Assembly: GCA_964016885.1 (NCBI GenBank)
Contig: OZ024743.1
Location: 170,686,001-170,750,000 of the forward strand
Length of the DNA stretch: 64,000 bases
Reading direction: 5' to 3'
Source of the DNA: Eledone cirrhosa
Taxonomy: Eukaryota
Shown here one piece after another: positions 1-12,810 of the stretch; the stretch's first letter is position 1; every line of letters starts with the position of its first letter. The notes under the pieces are model-generated. The model was not told the origin of the DNA, ran no database searches, and saw only the letters and a program-made list of their open reading frames with translations. The position numbers and the translations under genes are program-made.

Positions 1-117
1 TTATTGAGTAAAATGACAGGAGGCTGGACTGGTGAAATCCCTTCAAAGATTTATTAATATATAATAAATCTTTGAAGGAATTTCACCAGTCCAGCCTCCT
101 GTTATTTTACTCAATAA
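1..117. repeat. Inverted repeat with ~56-bp arms and a ~5-nt spacer; may extend beyond the window
   Basis: 1-56 is the reverse complement of ~62-117 with 2 mismatches. Confidence 0.9.
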
Positions 118-2935
118 TAATTAACTCTGTTCTCGCACCACCAACAAGATTCAACATAAACGAAGATGGATGAGTTGCATTACGTCGAGTGCTTTTTCCT
201 AATATTACATCACAGTTGACTATACGGAATGACCAGTTCTATCCAGTCATGAACCAACAAACCTAAATGAAAATATATATTATATATATACTACTAAAAC
301 TCTTTGATTGATTGCTTGCTTGTCTGTAATGTAATACAGCCAAAAGAATGCATAATGGGAAAATACTTTGAAAGGAAGTTGACCCTGAAATGGGAATACA
401 AATGGAATAAAACAAGTTATGTGTAAATCGGAGCACGGGTTCCCAAGATATGGGTTTTTCCGGATACCTTCATAAACAGAGAGAGAGAGAAAGATAGAGA
501 GAAAGAGATAGTGGTTGTGAGAGAGTAGATTGAAAGAGGGAGAGGAGACAGAGAAGGACAATGAAAGAGAGAGAGCTAGTGGAGTTATGTATATATATAT
601 ATATGTGAGTGTGTGTGTCTATGACCAGTGTATATAGATCACAGACACCCACATATATATATATATATATACATACACACGTATATTTATGGGCCTTCCA
701 GTTTCATTCCACATTATATACATGTCTGTTTATTTTAATTATTTAAAAATTATTTTTAAGTGAACATGATTTTTTTTTTATATTTTGAAGTAAACGTGAC
801 CCAACGGGTCATGGGTGGTCTAGTATAAAATAAAATTAGAATTTTATTTCTCACCCTAACACAGCTGATACATGAATGTAAGTAAGCACATGTATACATA
901 TATATATATACACACACACACATATATATATATGTACATACACACATATATATATATATGTACGTATGGGTTATATTGAACATTAATAATAATGTTCAAT
1001 TTGTTTATAAACAAACGGCCCAATTTGAAGCTATGCCGTGCTGTGTACCAATCGTCACCTGTTTGTTCAACATGGCTTTGAGGAACAATCAACATGTTTC
1101 TCTGTCATTACCCTTCATCAGGACTGTATACCTCTGCCAGTCTGTTGAATGGTTGAAAATATATAGTATTTTCTTAATATTTAGTATATATATACACACA
1201 CATACATACACACCAATACATACACATGTATGTGAACAGCAATAATCCTATTAAACAGTCCTGTCAGCTTTACAAACAAACAAATCAGTAAGATTCTAAC
1301 TTAAATAGAATAACTATTTTCAAAATTCCTGAAACACTTACTTCTTTGCTGTTTATATATATATATGGGTGTTGAGGGCGTATACAATTTTTTGTTTCAA
1401 GCACTAGCCTGTTTATCTGACCGTATAAACATAGACCTTCTGGTTTCATAAACATTTATGTACAGTTTATTCAGTAATAAATAAATTAAACAAACACATA
1501 TAAGAAGTGTATGTAGTAGCTTGCTTAAACAAGAGTTTAATTGTATGCTATGTGAGAATATTGAATATTGAATTTCTGTAGACTGGAAGTGTGTTACTAC
1601 TGAGTTTTTTCTTCTTTTTTTTAATGTTTTTTATCACTTAGTCAGTAGAAAAGGTGGCTACCATGACCCTTCAATTTTTTTCAAGGCCTCTAAGACTGGT
1701 GAGGATAGGAAATAAATTATCCTTAAACAAGAGACCCAGCTTCAATATTTGCAACAGAGTGGACAGTACTAAAGACATCAAAGGACCAACCAGGTGGTGG
1801 TGTTACACTGGGCAATGGATTAAGTCTACCACCCAAGTAATCAACAGCAGGATTTGAATTCAGAACATAAAGAACCGGAACAAACACTGCAACTCATTTC
1901 ATTTGATACTCTAACAACTGTATCAGTCTATTGCTATACTTTACTGATTGACCACAGAAAAATAAAAAAGCAAAGTTGACTGGTACTTTATATATCAATT
2001 TCAGGAGGATTTGATCTCATGCCCTCATGACTGTGTCTTGCTCATACATTCCATGGTTTCTATGGCTGGATGCCCTTTCTAATATCAACCACCTCATAGC
2101 ATGTAATAGGTTTGTTTTTTCATTGTACCACCCACCACTTGATGAGGTGAACTAGGTGCTTTTTACATGGCACCAGCAGTACCACTTTACACAGTAGGCT
2201 GGATGTATGTTATTGTTGACACCAACACTTCCACCTTCCAGTGTGGGCTGTGTGCATTTTATTGTTATACCAATACTATCACATTTTAACACTAGCATGC
2301 TTGCATACTTGGTCATGCTGGAAGGACAGTGGTGGGGAGTGGGGTGACTACAGACTAAGTGGTGTTTTGCAATATTGTGTATGTGGAGGTGGGTGAACAT
2401 GGATTTCCATGTGAGCATGGTTGGGCACAGATGAGGGGAATTCAGGAATAAATTCGGCAGAGGAAGTTGTGAGGGAAGGAGGAAGGGGAAATAAGTGTTG
2501 GACCATAGGGTAGTTTTGCGTATGGGTGAGGATCATTGAGTGAAGAATTACCTGAAGTTCTTAGAGGAAGAAAATTGCAATAGACGAACACCAAGGAAGA
2601 CCTGGGCAGAAGTGGTGAAAGCTGATCTCAAAATGATAAAACTGAAAGAGAAGATGAGGAAGGAATGCAACAAGTGGAGAGAGGCTGTACTCAAAAAGAC
2701 CTAAGCCATGCAAACATGGAAAATAGTTAAATGCACCTATCTGTGTGTGTATACAGGCATGTATATATGTGTGCGTGTGTATGTATATGTATATATATGT
2801 GTGTGTGTGCTGTGTGTGTATTTGTATGCATGTATATGTGTGTGTATGTATGTATTTCTATGCATTTGTGTGTGTATGTGTGTATTTGAATGCATATAGT
2901 TATTTCTATCTAATGTTGTCAATATTATATTACAG

Positions 2936-3061
2936 GAGCGTGTGGGATGAAGACCTCCAAGACAGCAATGTTGTTGAGAAGCTGGACAATCACACAGACA
3001 TATTCCAGTACACACGTAGCAGTATGCCTCCACATCCATGTCGACATTACTGCTTGATCAG
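2936..3061 (+). CDS. Internal exon of a DLC1/STARD13/crossveinless-c-like RhoGAP-START gene (START domain)
   Basis: Acceptor tacag at 2931-2935, GT donor at 3062, 126 bp, phase 2-2. Encodes (R)SVWDEDLQDSNVVEKLDNHTDIFQYTRSSMPPHPCRHYCLI(R), resembling the DLC-family START segment WDED...LD...YQY...SM.PHP.RD...LR. Confidence 0.93.
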
Positions 3062-3309
3062 GTGACAACCTCATCCCCTTTGTTTTGTGTTGTTGATGTC
3101 TTCCCTTACATCTAATGTTGGACTTTACATTTAATCCCATTTATCTTTATACAATCACACTGGTTGAATACCATAATCTTAACACACCTCATGCTTATGT
3201 TGTGCCAAATCGAACTAGCTACCAAAAATGTGCTATATATACAAACTGGTTTACCTAGTTTACTTAAACCCATTGTTATAGTGGATTTATAAGCACTATG
3301 TTTGTGGGC

Positions 3310-3575
3310 AGTTAGTATTGTGAATGCACAACTTGGAGTTAAATTATTCAGCTCATGATCATAATGTCGTGAATTTAATTCTCAGTGGCAAAACACTTTA
3401 TTTCATGTTGCTCCAGTCCACTCACCTGACAAAAATGAGTTGTACCTGCAAATCAAAGCACCAGCCTTGTCACACACTGTGCCATTCTCAGTCACATGCA
3501 TGTTAATTTTATGTGCAGGCTGTTCCATTGTTTAAACAACTGGAACACTCACAATTGTAATTGACAGAGATCCAA
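3310..3575 (+). mobile_element. Degenerate tRNA-type SINE (second family)
   Basis: Contains acactttatttcatgttgctccagtccactca, whose reverse complement recurs at ~55119-55155. Confidence 0.55.
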
Positions 3576-4009
3576 CAATGACTCAGTTATTGGTGAAATC
3601 CCAAAACAGGATTGAAATTTGTTCAGCTGATCTCTCTTTTTCTGCTCACAAAGATATTGCATATGTAGGCAAGTTATTTATCTCTGTACATATAGTGTTG
3701 GCTAAATATCTATGGATATATTCTATAATACAATATTGTATTAAAACAAAACATTCTTTAACACTCCAGTAACTTAAATCCATTGTTGTATATGATTTAA
3801 TTCACAATTGTATGATACATCTATTTAATGATCTACATATGATACATCTATTCAATGATCTATGTTGTACCCTTCTATCTAATCTGCTGTTGTTCAACAG
3901 ATCCAGTCCTATGTACCACACTGTTGTTCAACAACTCCAATCTTAATTTTATTTAGGATAATAACATGATTTCTTTTCCCTCTGAACCATCTGTTTTATT
4001 TGTCATCAG

Positions 4010-4183
4010 GTCATGGAGGACTGACCGTCCTAAAGGTGCTTGTTTGCTGTTGACTAATTCTGTACGACACCCCAGTGTCAAAATGTCTGGTGTAGAAGGT
4101 ATCATCTTAGAATCATATTATCTCATTGAACCCTGTGGTGCAGGAAAATCTAGAATAACACACATTATTCGGGAAGATACCAA
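4010..4183 (+). CDS. Penultimate exon of the DLC1/STARD13-like gene (START domain)
   Basis: Acceptor catcag ending 4009, donor gtaagt at 4184, 174 bp, in phase with its neighbours. Encodes SWRTDRPKGAC...YLIEPCGAGKSRITHIIREDT(K); the YLIEPCGxGKSRxTH motif is typical of DLC-family START domains. Confidence 0.95.
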
Positions 4184-4994
4184 GTAAGTTTGATTCTAAA
4201 TATCAATGCTGTGTTAATCATTGAACCATTTCTTTACTACTACTACTACCACCATGGAGCAGCATTTGTTGTAATATTTTAGCTTTTCTCAAATAAAGGT
4301 CATATTGCCATTCTTAATAAAAAGTAAATAAATAAAAGCCACATATAAAAATTACATATTTAGAGACACCAAATTGGCAGAACCTCTATAGCATAGGATT
4401 CCCAGTAGTCTTTGTCATATGTTTGTTTTATTGACCTCAAAAGGATAAAAGGTAAAGTTGACAACACAAAATAATACCACATAGGACAATATGACTTGCA
4501 GTATTTGTTCCAATTCTCTGCACTATGAGTTCAAATCATGCTGAGATCAACATTGCCTTTCTTTGCTTAAAGGTACTTTTTGAGTACTTTTAGCTGAGTT
4601 CATGGTTTCAGGCATTGTAAACAAGAAAATAAATGATAAATATAAAATTAATAGTTTGTGTGTACTTTTAAATGGTTAAAATGACTCTTCCATGAAGTAA
4701 TTGCTTTAGTTTGAACACATGATTTCAGATCAAGTTATTTGCTAGACAAATACAACTCCGAAATAAAAAAAGAAAAGCCCTTCCAAAAAATGTCTGATCC
4801 ACAGGGATATTTTTGACATTGTTTGGTAGGTGAGTATTAAACTTGTGGTATTATTTTGTCAACGTTTCCTTTTATCCTTCTGAGGTCAATAAAATGAACA
4901 AAAGACAAAGAGTACACTGAAAACCTTAATCTAATGACTAAGATTAGCCCCCCCCCCCCCAAAAAAAAAACAAATTTGTTGATTGTTTTTAATA

Positions 4995-6078
4995 CTAGCA
5001 GAGGTACGGGATAAGGTATTTTGGTTGAACGGGATAAGGTAATTTGGCCGCCAACAGACCTAATCGTGGAAAAACTGCATGCTTGAACAATATGTAAAGA
5101 AAATAAACAAATACTCTGATGGCTGGATAATCTAAGATTTTCCTCTATGAAGCAGGAAAAAGGCAGGTTTTCACCTAATGCGGGCCGTAGGGGATCAAGA
5201 AAATGAATTTTTTTTATGTGCATAATATGCCTTGAAATTTCGGGAAAATCGGCTAGACGTAACGCCTCAAAAGAGCCCTAAAAAGCTGAAAAAAATGAAG
5301 TTTTTCACCTAATACGGGCCCTAGGCCATAAAAAAGTTGGATTTTCTTTGCTCACAGTATGAAGAGACTGACTAATACATAGTTAAAATTTCAAGGAAAT
5401 CGGTTTGACTTAACGCCTCAAAAAATCCCTAAAAAGCTGGAAAAAACGCTGTTTTTTACCTATTGGATCACCTAGGGGATCAAAAAGTTGAATTTTTTTT
5501 ATGTGCATAACACTCCCTGAAATATTAGTAAACACATGTAAAGTTTGAAAAAGGTCGGTTGGGTACTTCTCGGGTTTCACACACACAAACATACACACAT
5601 ACATACATACATACATACCTACATCCTTCCTCAGTTTTATATAGATTAAAATAACAGAGCAAAGAATCGTTGCTTTCACCCTTAATGGGATCTTCTGAAA
5701 CTAAAAACATTAATTTGTGAACGCAGAAGTAAATATTTCGAAAAACGTTGCAACCGAAGGAAAACAGGAAGACGATACTTTGGTTTGTGAAGACGTTCCC
5801 TGGCAATGAACGGAAAATAGCAAACATAATACGTCATCAATGTTCGTCAGAATGTCGTAATGCAGACAGCCAGGCATACAGACAGATATTATAAGAGCGC
5901 GACAGAGATGGATAACCGGTGCCTAACACCCCTTTAACAACAGAAAATTGAAATACAAAAGCTGCAGTTAATACCTTTAGACCGCAAGGATTATATAAAT
6001 GCAAGTTTGAAGTCAATTAGAATAGAAATGTGGATTTGTATAGACTTTGCAAAACATCATCAGTTTTATATATATAGA
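4995..6078 (-). mobile_element. Non-autonomous Helitron-like element(s) in the last intron of the START gene
   Basis: Minus-strand 3' end CTAG|T at 4995-4998. Two a|TCtatat..aaaactg 5' ends at 5645 and 6078. Internal ~150-bp tandem subrepeats at 5150-5520 and a (CATA)n tract. Confidence 0.65.
5657..5702 (-). ncRNA. Partial hammerhead-like motif with variant core CAGAAGA
   Basis: CAGAAGA-ucccauuaagggu-GAAA-gca...ugc-UC; 3' strand of stem I is missing; homologous to 59140-59188. Confidence 0.4.
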
Positions 6079-6133
6079 TTAATGTTTTCAAGTTTAATGA
6101 TACTTTTATGTTGTTTTATTTTTCTTCTTTTAG

Positions 6134-6248
6134 GGGTCGCTCAGTCAAATGGTACAATTTAAGTTATGGCAAAATTAATGCTAATTTCATGGACCGATTA
6201 CGAACCAGTTTTCAGCAAATTGCTTCAGGGCCAGAGACTAAACTCTGA
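6134..6248 (+). CDS. Last coding exon of the DLC1/STARD13-like gene
   Basis: Polypyrimidine tract plus tag at 6131-6133. Encodes GRSVKWYNLSYGKINANFMDRLRTSFQQIASGPETKL, stop TGA at 6246-6248. The GPETK[IL] terminus matches the DLC family. Not in the ORF track. Confidence 0.93.
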
Positions 6249-7332
6249 GTCTAGTCTCACTTCCTTCTACACACACATGCACACACACACACACACATAT
6301 AATATGAATATATAAACAACCTAAAGACAAAAGAGCAGTACCAATTGTGTCAAATATATATCTATATTTCTCAAAAAAAGGATTCAGTAAAAATTGAAAA
6401 CTGGAGATAAATGAATTTTACCAGTTTTCACTAATATATGGTGTTGGAAATGAACCACACACATTAAATAATAATTTTTTTCTCTAAAGGTGGCATCTGT
6501 TATATGTTTAATCATAAGGAAACATTGGACAGATTAAAAAATATACCAAGTAAATTTTATAAAGATTTTTTTTTCAAAAATTCAAAATTGTTTAAAAAAA
6601 AAAGGAAAATCATTTTTCATTTTCTGTAGAAAATGAAAAAGGATTTTCATTTTTTTTTACTGTTAAATTCATCCTTGTTACTTCCTAAGTTATTAAGGTA
6701 TTTAATTAATCTTGCAAGTTATAAACACTTGTCAGGAGCATCAAAACTACTTAATACTCAACCAGCAGGTGAATTTAAAACAAACTCCAGAAACATTTAA
6801 GAGCAAACACATGGAGCACTGTTTGTAAATATCACATGAGGAGTACTTTATCCAAATATTATATTCAAGCAAGCACCCAGAACAAACATCAAACAGAAGT
6901 GCTTAAGCGAACATCAGAAATCAATATTCAAAGAGAAACTTTGCAAGTACTCAGGGCAAATTTGAGGTCTACTCAGTCGCCTCAAAATAAATGAAAATTA
7001 GGTAGAATTGAAGACAAATTTAGGAAATACTTAAAGCAAATTTGAGCTTCTCTCAAAATGAATTTCAGAATATATTCCTGACACAATGCATAAGTTACTC
7101 AATGTTGAAAAAGAAAACCTAATTAAAACAACAGCAATAGCAAAATACACAAAGAAAACAGTCAGTTATGTTATATAAATTGTTACAAAAAAATATATTT
7201 CCAGGGCAGTTCACTTACAGATGAAAAATTAATAAAAACAAATATATATATTTTGGGATTTCTACAAGTGAATTTTTGCTTTTACTTTACTGCCTTGTTT
7301 TGTCTTTTAACTTCATTATTGAATAACTTAAC

Positions 7333-7521
7333 TTAAGGCGGTGGATTGGCAGTATCGGTAGAGGGTCGGACGCCATGCTTTCCAGCATAGTTACGTCCCT
7401 TTACGATCTGAGTTCAAATCCCGCCGAGGTTGGACTTTGCCTTTCATCCTTACGGGGTCGATAAAATAAAGTACCAGTAATGCACTGGGTAATTGCTGGC
7501 CTTGTGCCTAAAGTAGAAACA
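7333..7521 (+). mobile_element. tRNA-derived SINE with 18-bp target-site duplication
   Basis: A-box-like tggcagtatcgg, B-box gagttcaaatcc. attattgaataacttaac at 7315-7332 and 7522-7539. Near-identical copies elsewhere in the window. Confidence 0.9.
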
Positions 7522-7584
7522 ATTATTGAATAACTTAACAATGAGAAAAATAATAATAATGTATATATTTATATATATATATGT

Positions 7585-8145
7585 GTGTATCTAGAATAAG
7601 GACGGTTTGGAAGAAGTTTAGGGAGCTGCTTCCTCTATTGACAAAGAAGGGTTTCTCCCTGTGTACGAAAGGCCGGTTATATGATGCCTGTGTGAGATGC
7701 GTGATGCTGCATGGTAGTGAGACATGGGCAGCGACTGCAGAAGATATGCAACAGCTGGAGAGAAATGAAGCAAGCATGCTCCGTTTGATGTGCAATGTCA
7801 ATGTGCGTGAACGACCAAGCATAGATGAGTTGAGAAAGAAACTGGGTATAAGAGGGATAAGTTGTGGTGTGCAGGAGAGAAGGCTGAGATGGTATGGACA
7901 TGTGATGCGCATGGAGGATGACCACTGGGTAAATAAGTGCCAAGATATCCCAGTAGAAGGAAGATGCAGTAGAGGAAGACCACCAAAAACAAGGGCAGAG
8001 GTGGCGAGAGCAGACCTCAGATCACTGAAGCTCAGGGAGGAGATGACAAAGGACCGTGACAAGTGGAGAGATGCTGTGCTGAATAGGACCCATCCCACCC
8101 TTGAAAGCAGGGAAAAGCAGACATGAAATGATGATGATGATGATG
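7585..8145 (+). mobile_element. 5'-truncated RTE LINE 3' end
   Basis: ORF 7581-8126 with RLRWYGHVMRM...RGRP motifs; (GAT)n tail at ~8128-8144. Confidence 0.92.
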
Positions 8146-8175
8146 TGTGTATATATGTAAATATATATGTATATA

Positions 8176-8221
<46 letters not shown>

Positions 8222-8224
<3 letters not shown>

Positions 8225-8430
8225 TGATAAGTATGGATGAGGTGTCAAATTTTCATTAAGTTCATTCAGGTGTCACGTGCGTTTTGCAATTGATCAGCTC
8301 ACAGTTTGATCTCTATCAATCAGGCCCGACTCTGGAATCAAAAGCTCATCAGACTTCTGTTAGCTTAATGATGCGTGTCACACCTGAATAAACTTCATGA
8401 AAATTTGACACCTTCTCCATACTTATTATT
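8222..8430 (-). mobile_element. Penelope-type pLTR fragment with decayed hammerhead and ~60-bp inverted termini
   Basis: 8222-8282 is inverted to 8372-8430. Minus-strand CUGAUGA at 8346-8352, GAAA mutated to AAAA. Related to 16482-16573 and 30545-30637. Confidence 0.65.
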
Positions 8431-8612
8431 AGTGGATTGGCAGTATCAGTAGAGGATCGGACGCCATGCTTTCCAACATAGTTACATCCCTTTACGATCT
8501 GTGTTCAAATCCCGCCAAGGTTGACTTTGCCTTTCTTCCTTACGGGGTCGATAAAATAGAGTACCAGTAATGCACTGGGTAATTGCTGGCCTTGTGCCTA
8601 AAGTAGAAACAA
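8431..8612 (+). mobile_element. tRNA-derived SINE copy
   Basis: Highly similar to 7333-7521. Confidence 0.9.
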
Positions 8613-8722
8613 TTAGTAATATTGCATTTTGCTTAGTACAGCCCCAAAGTACATATTGGAGACTATGCATTGAGTGCTTACTTTGGTGAACCAACAATAA
8701 CCTGACATTACAATCCCTAAAC

Positions 8723-8758
<36 letters not shown>

Positions 8759-9080
8759 ATACTTTGGGAGGGTCATGCTGACAATAAAAACAAGATGTTG
8801 TAGGACAGAACAAAAGAGAGACACAAAATAACAAATTAGTCATTGAGGCGGTCACAGAATGTGTGACAAAAGAGCTTTGACAAAAAATAAACAACCATCT
8901 GGTTATTAAACCAACCAACTGGAAATTTGTAATAAATTGAAGTGAAAACCAACAAGTGTGTATGTTTTTATTGGCAGCATGACCCTCCCAAATTATAACA
9001 ATATCTGTTTCAACACACGTTTTAAGATAAGAAATCTTGCAAAACAAATAGAAAATATTATATGTATATGTATATGTGTG

Positions 9081-9121
<41 letters not shown>

Positions 9122-9309
9122 ATATGTGTGTGTATGCGTGACTATTGGTGCTGTAATGAGAAAAATAACAATGATATTATATATAATTATGTTCCTTTCT
9201 CTCCCATTAAACCCCCCAAATAAACCAAGATATTAAAAATATATTTCAATATATTCCTATTAAATATTTAATGAGTTCATTTCGATTTTGTTTTGTTTTG
9301 TTTTTTGGA

Positions 9310-10115
9310 AGGGTACAGTATTCCTCTATTTATCTTCCTCTGTGAGATTCAGAGTTTTAAGATTCAGTGTAATCACCTCAGCCCAGGTTTTCTTCAATTT
9401 GTCTCTTATGTAGCCTTCAACTGGCATATCTTCATTCAGCAACCATCATCCATATCCTTATCAGTGCAATCTTCTCTCTTGCACACTACATCTGATTCCT
9501 CGTATAGCTAATTTTTTTCTCAGCTCATTCACATCCTGTCATTCATGCACACTAACATTACACATCCAACAGAGCGTACTCATTTTTTTTTTCTAACCTC
9601 AGCATATCCTCTACATGCATTGTCAATGCAACATCACACTTCTCATGTAGGGATATAATTTACCCTTTGCTTGGAGAGAAAATCAATTTGTTGTTCACTA
9701 CAGTAGTTGCTCCCTGAACTTTTTCTATACTGTTCTTATGTTGCTATTTTGCTTTTAGAGCAAACTCCTCAACTGCTAATTTAATCAACTAATTCTATGG
9801 TACCTTTCCAGATAGCTAAAGATTGATTTCACTGGTACTGTGCATGTAAAGTCGATCTTTTTTGTTAGCATACCTACAATCCCATTCACTTTATATTTTG
9901 TACATCATATAGAGTTCCCACCTACACCCTTTCTACATATCAAGCATGGCCACCTCCCTGATGGAATCAGAGCCTTGTTTTTTTTTTTATTACTTACATT
10001 TGAGCTGGGCTAGGTTTACTTTGAGCCTTTTTGATTATAAGTTTTGTTCCCATTGCAGGAATTTCTTCTCAAGCTTTTCCACAAATTCAACTATAAGAAC
10101 CAGGTCATCAGCATA
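9310..10115 (-). mobile_element. Degenerate RTE LINE fragment
   Basis: Minus-strand YADDLVLI motif near 10095-10115 and RTE C-terminal remnants with many stops. Confidence 0.75.
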
Positions 10116-10413
10116 TATATATATATATCACCATGTAAAATGGTTGGTGATAGGAACGGCATCCAGCTTGCCAATTAAAAGGTTGGTGAGGCCCCTTCAG
10201 TAGTGTCAAAACATGACAACCTCCTTTGTGCTGGAGCCACAATAAAATGCACTCAGTAGAGCATAGGACATTATGGAGGCTCCCAACTTGTCTTGGAGCT
10301 CAGTAGTTATGCTTCAGTACTGATATGATCTGTGAAGGCCTGCCCAACCCTTGCTAGCAGAGAAAGTGAATATTAAATGATGTTGATAATGGTATGGTGA
10401 TTTATATATATAC

Positions 10414-11136
10414 ATATATCAAAGATATATATTGAGTTAGAAACTCAAAATAGTCTCTTACAATAAAATAGCTCAAGGAAAGAGATTTTTTCCGAGCTGT
10501 TTATTATAATTGAATATAAAAGAGAGATAAACACAGGCATATATGTGTTCAAATTGTAAGGGACCAGATTCGCTAAGGTGAAAAAGATACTAACTATGGA
10601 CAATAGGGTTTGCCAGACTCAATTTAAGAATAAATCAAGAAAATAAATACAAACCGGAATTGTGGTAACTACCAATCACCCAGACAGCGTTTGGAAATGC
10701 TGTTTCGCAATCCAATTGTGAAGCGAATTACCAATTCTTATTGCTCATCAGTGGGTAAAAAATTAGTAAACTCCTCACTTCTAAGTATATCAGAAAACTG
10801 AATAGTGTGCGTATATACAATAACGCACGTGGTATCAGAACCGAGTGTGTCTCACAAACTCACACCACTAAAAATAGCAGCCAAGTTTACTCGACATTTA
10901 AATTAGCTCAACAAATTAACAGAGCCGAATATATCAAAGATATATATTGAGTTAGAAACTCAAAATAGTCTCTTACAATAAAATAGCTCATGGAAAAAGA
11001 TTTTTCCGAGCCGTATATTATAATTGAATATAAAAGAGAATTAAACACAGGCATATATGTGTTCAAATCGAATCTGGTCCCTTACGATTTGAACACATAT
11101 ATGCCAGTGTTTATCTCTCTTTGATATTCAATTATA
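10414..11136 (-). mobile_element. Non-coding retrozyme-like / PLE-pLTR element: 515-bp unit, 140-bp terminal redundancy and inverted end
   Basis: Direct repeats 10414-10554 and 10929-11068. 11069-11136 is the reverse complement of 10505-10572. (TA)n on both flanks; contains a hammerhead. Confidence 0.8.
10678..10756 (-). ncRNA. Complete type I hammerhead ribozyme
   Basis: ACCCA-CUGAUGA-GCAAU..AUUGC-GAA-ACAGC(10-nt loop)GCUGU-C^-UGGGU. All three stems pair; GUC triplet at 10683-10685. Confidence 0.9.
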
Positions 11137-11229
11137 TATATATATCTAATTTCACACATTTCTCTTGGTATTTACAGTTAAACTACTGAAGTTATTATTT
11201 TTTATGATAATGTATCAGTGTGAATCAGG

Positions 11230-12810
11230 ATGTTGGTGAAAAGTGTGTTTTGACTGGCACCAGTGCACTTAGACTTGCTGACACCCAGGAAATACTACTA
11301 TGAGAGGTCAATGAATGTGGAAAATGAATAGAAGGAAGAAGATTCAACAAGGGTTGACTCATAAAATAGACAGTTACTGAGTCAAAGAAGCAAATATGGT
11401 TCTGAAAATAGAAAGCTGCTGGACTGTCAAGGATAGTCACTGAGCTGCTAAGATTCTCTGGCAAAGTTGAGCTACTCATCCACATAGTTAATCAGGATAA
11501 TACATGATGTTGTAATATCTAATGACGAATGTAGCAACAATTTTAAGCCTTAGTAGTTGCTCCTTTCCAAAATGATTAATTGGAAAGGTGCAACTACTGA
11601 GGCTTAAAATTAATGGATTAAGTTATGAAGGTGTTTGAGAGTTAACAACTAATTATGGAAAGCGTCAAATTAATGGCTTTCTCTTAATGAGATAACTACA
11701 AGAGAAGTTCCTAATTAAGTGTAAGCCCCTATACCTAGCTTTTGTAGATCTGGAAAAGGCTTTTGACAGAGTTTCACTGTCTGTTATCTGGTGGTCCTTA
11801 AGAAAACTGGATGTAGATGAGTGTTTTGTGAGAGCAGTGCAAGCCATGTACAGAGGTTCTGTCAGTAGGTAACAAGTTTAATGAGGAATTCAATATGCAG
11901 GTGGGTATTCATCAAGGCTCAGTCTTCAAGCCCCTCATGCTTGTCATAGTTCTCCAAGACTTAACTGAAGAAATTAAGACTGGCTGTCCATGACTACTGG
12001 TGAATCTACAGAAAAGCTAGAAAAGAAATTCCTGTTGTAGAAACAAAACTTAGAATCAAAGAGGAGTAAACTTAGCAAAGACCAAAGTTTTAGTAAGTAG
12101 GAAAGAAAACAGGACTTTGGCTCCAGCAAGAAGGTGATCATATGTCAAAATGACATGGGTATGAACTTTATATAATTTACCCAATGTAAAAAATGTGAGC
12201 GCAAGAAATGTAGTAGGATAGCAGGTGGGTTAACAGAAAGGCTAAACTTTGCATGTGGTAGTTGGTAGTAAGAACACTAGTGAAATAAATTTATTTCAAT
12301 CCCAGGAAGGTACCATAAAAGTAGTTGATAGTTTCTGTTACCTAGGCAACCTATTGAGCAGTAGAGGAGGATGCTCTGAAAACAGTAGTTAGAATAAGAA
12401 TAGGATGGGGAAAGTTCAGGGAACTACTTACCTCTGTTGACAACAATGGGATTTTCTCTCGAAGCAAAGGGAAGATGTTACATGGCAGTGGAGGTTGGAG
12501 AAAAAGGAAACATGCTTGCTTCATTGGATGTATAATGATGAATCATGGATAAACTGAAAGAAAAACTGGGTGTAAGAGGAATCAGATGTAGTCAATGAGT
12601 GTACATGGTATGGATATATGATGCATATGGCTGATGATCTTTGAACGATGAAGTGCCAGTGGATGGAAGCTATAGTAGGGGACCTGGGCAGAAGTGATGA
12701 ATGTTGATCTCAAAGCACTGAGTCTCGCAGAGGTGATGGGAGAAACACAATAAGTGTAAGTATTGAAGAAGATCCATCCAGCAACAAGAAAAGATGATGA
12801 TGATGATATC
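11230..12810 (+). mobile_element. Degenerate RTE LINE
   Basis: LAFVDLEKAFDRV at ~11735-11773, finger remnant, (GAT)n tail at ~12794-12808. Confidence 0.85.

Noticed and set aside
425-485. Possible decayed hammerhead on minus (UUAUGAAGG...CC)
   Set aside because: Core and GAAA are both broken; cannot be supported
470-1245. ORFs rich in YIYI/CVCV/HTHT, here and at 45648-46972 and 58834-59075
   Set aside because: Translations of (TA)n/(CA)n microsatellites
7333-7430. tRNA gene, also at 55180-55250
   Set aside because: A/B boxes belong to multi-copy SINE heads with bodies (the 7333 copy has an 18-bp TSD); no complete cloverleaf seen
7535-8248. 237-aa minus ORF, and similar antisense ORFs at 47409-48017 and 36779-37339
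   Set aside because: Antisense shadows of RTE coding sequence plus microsatellite
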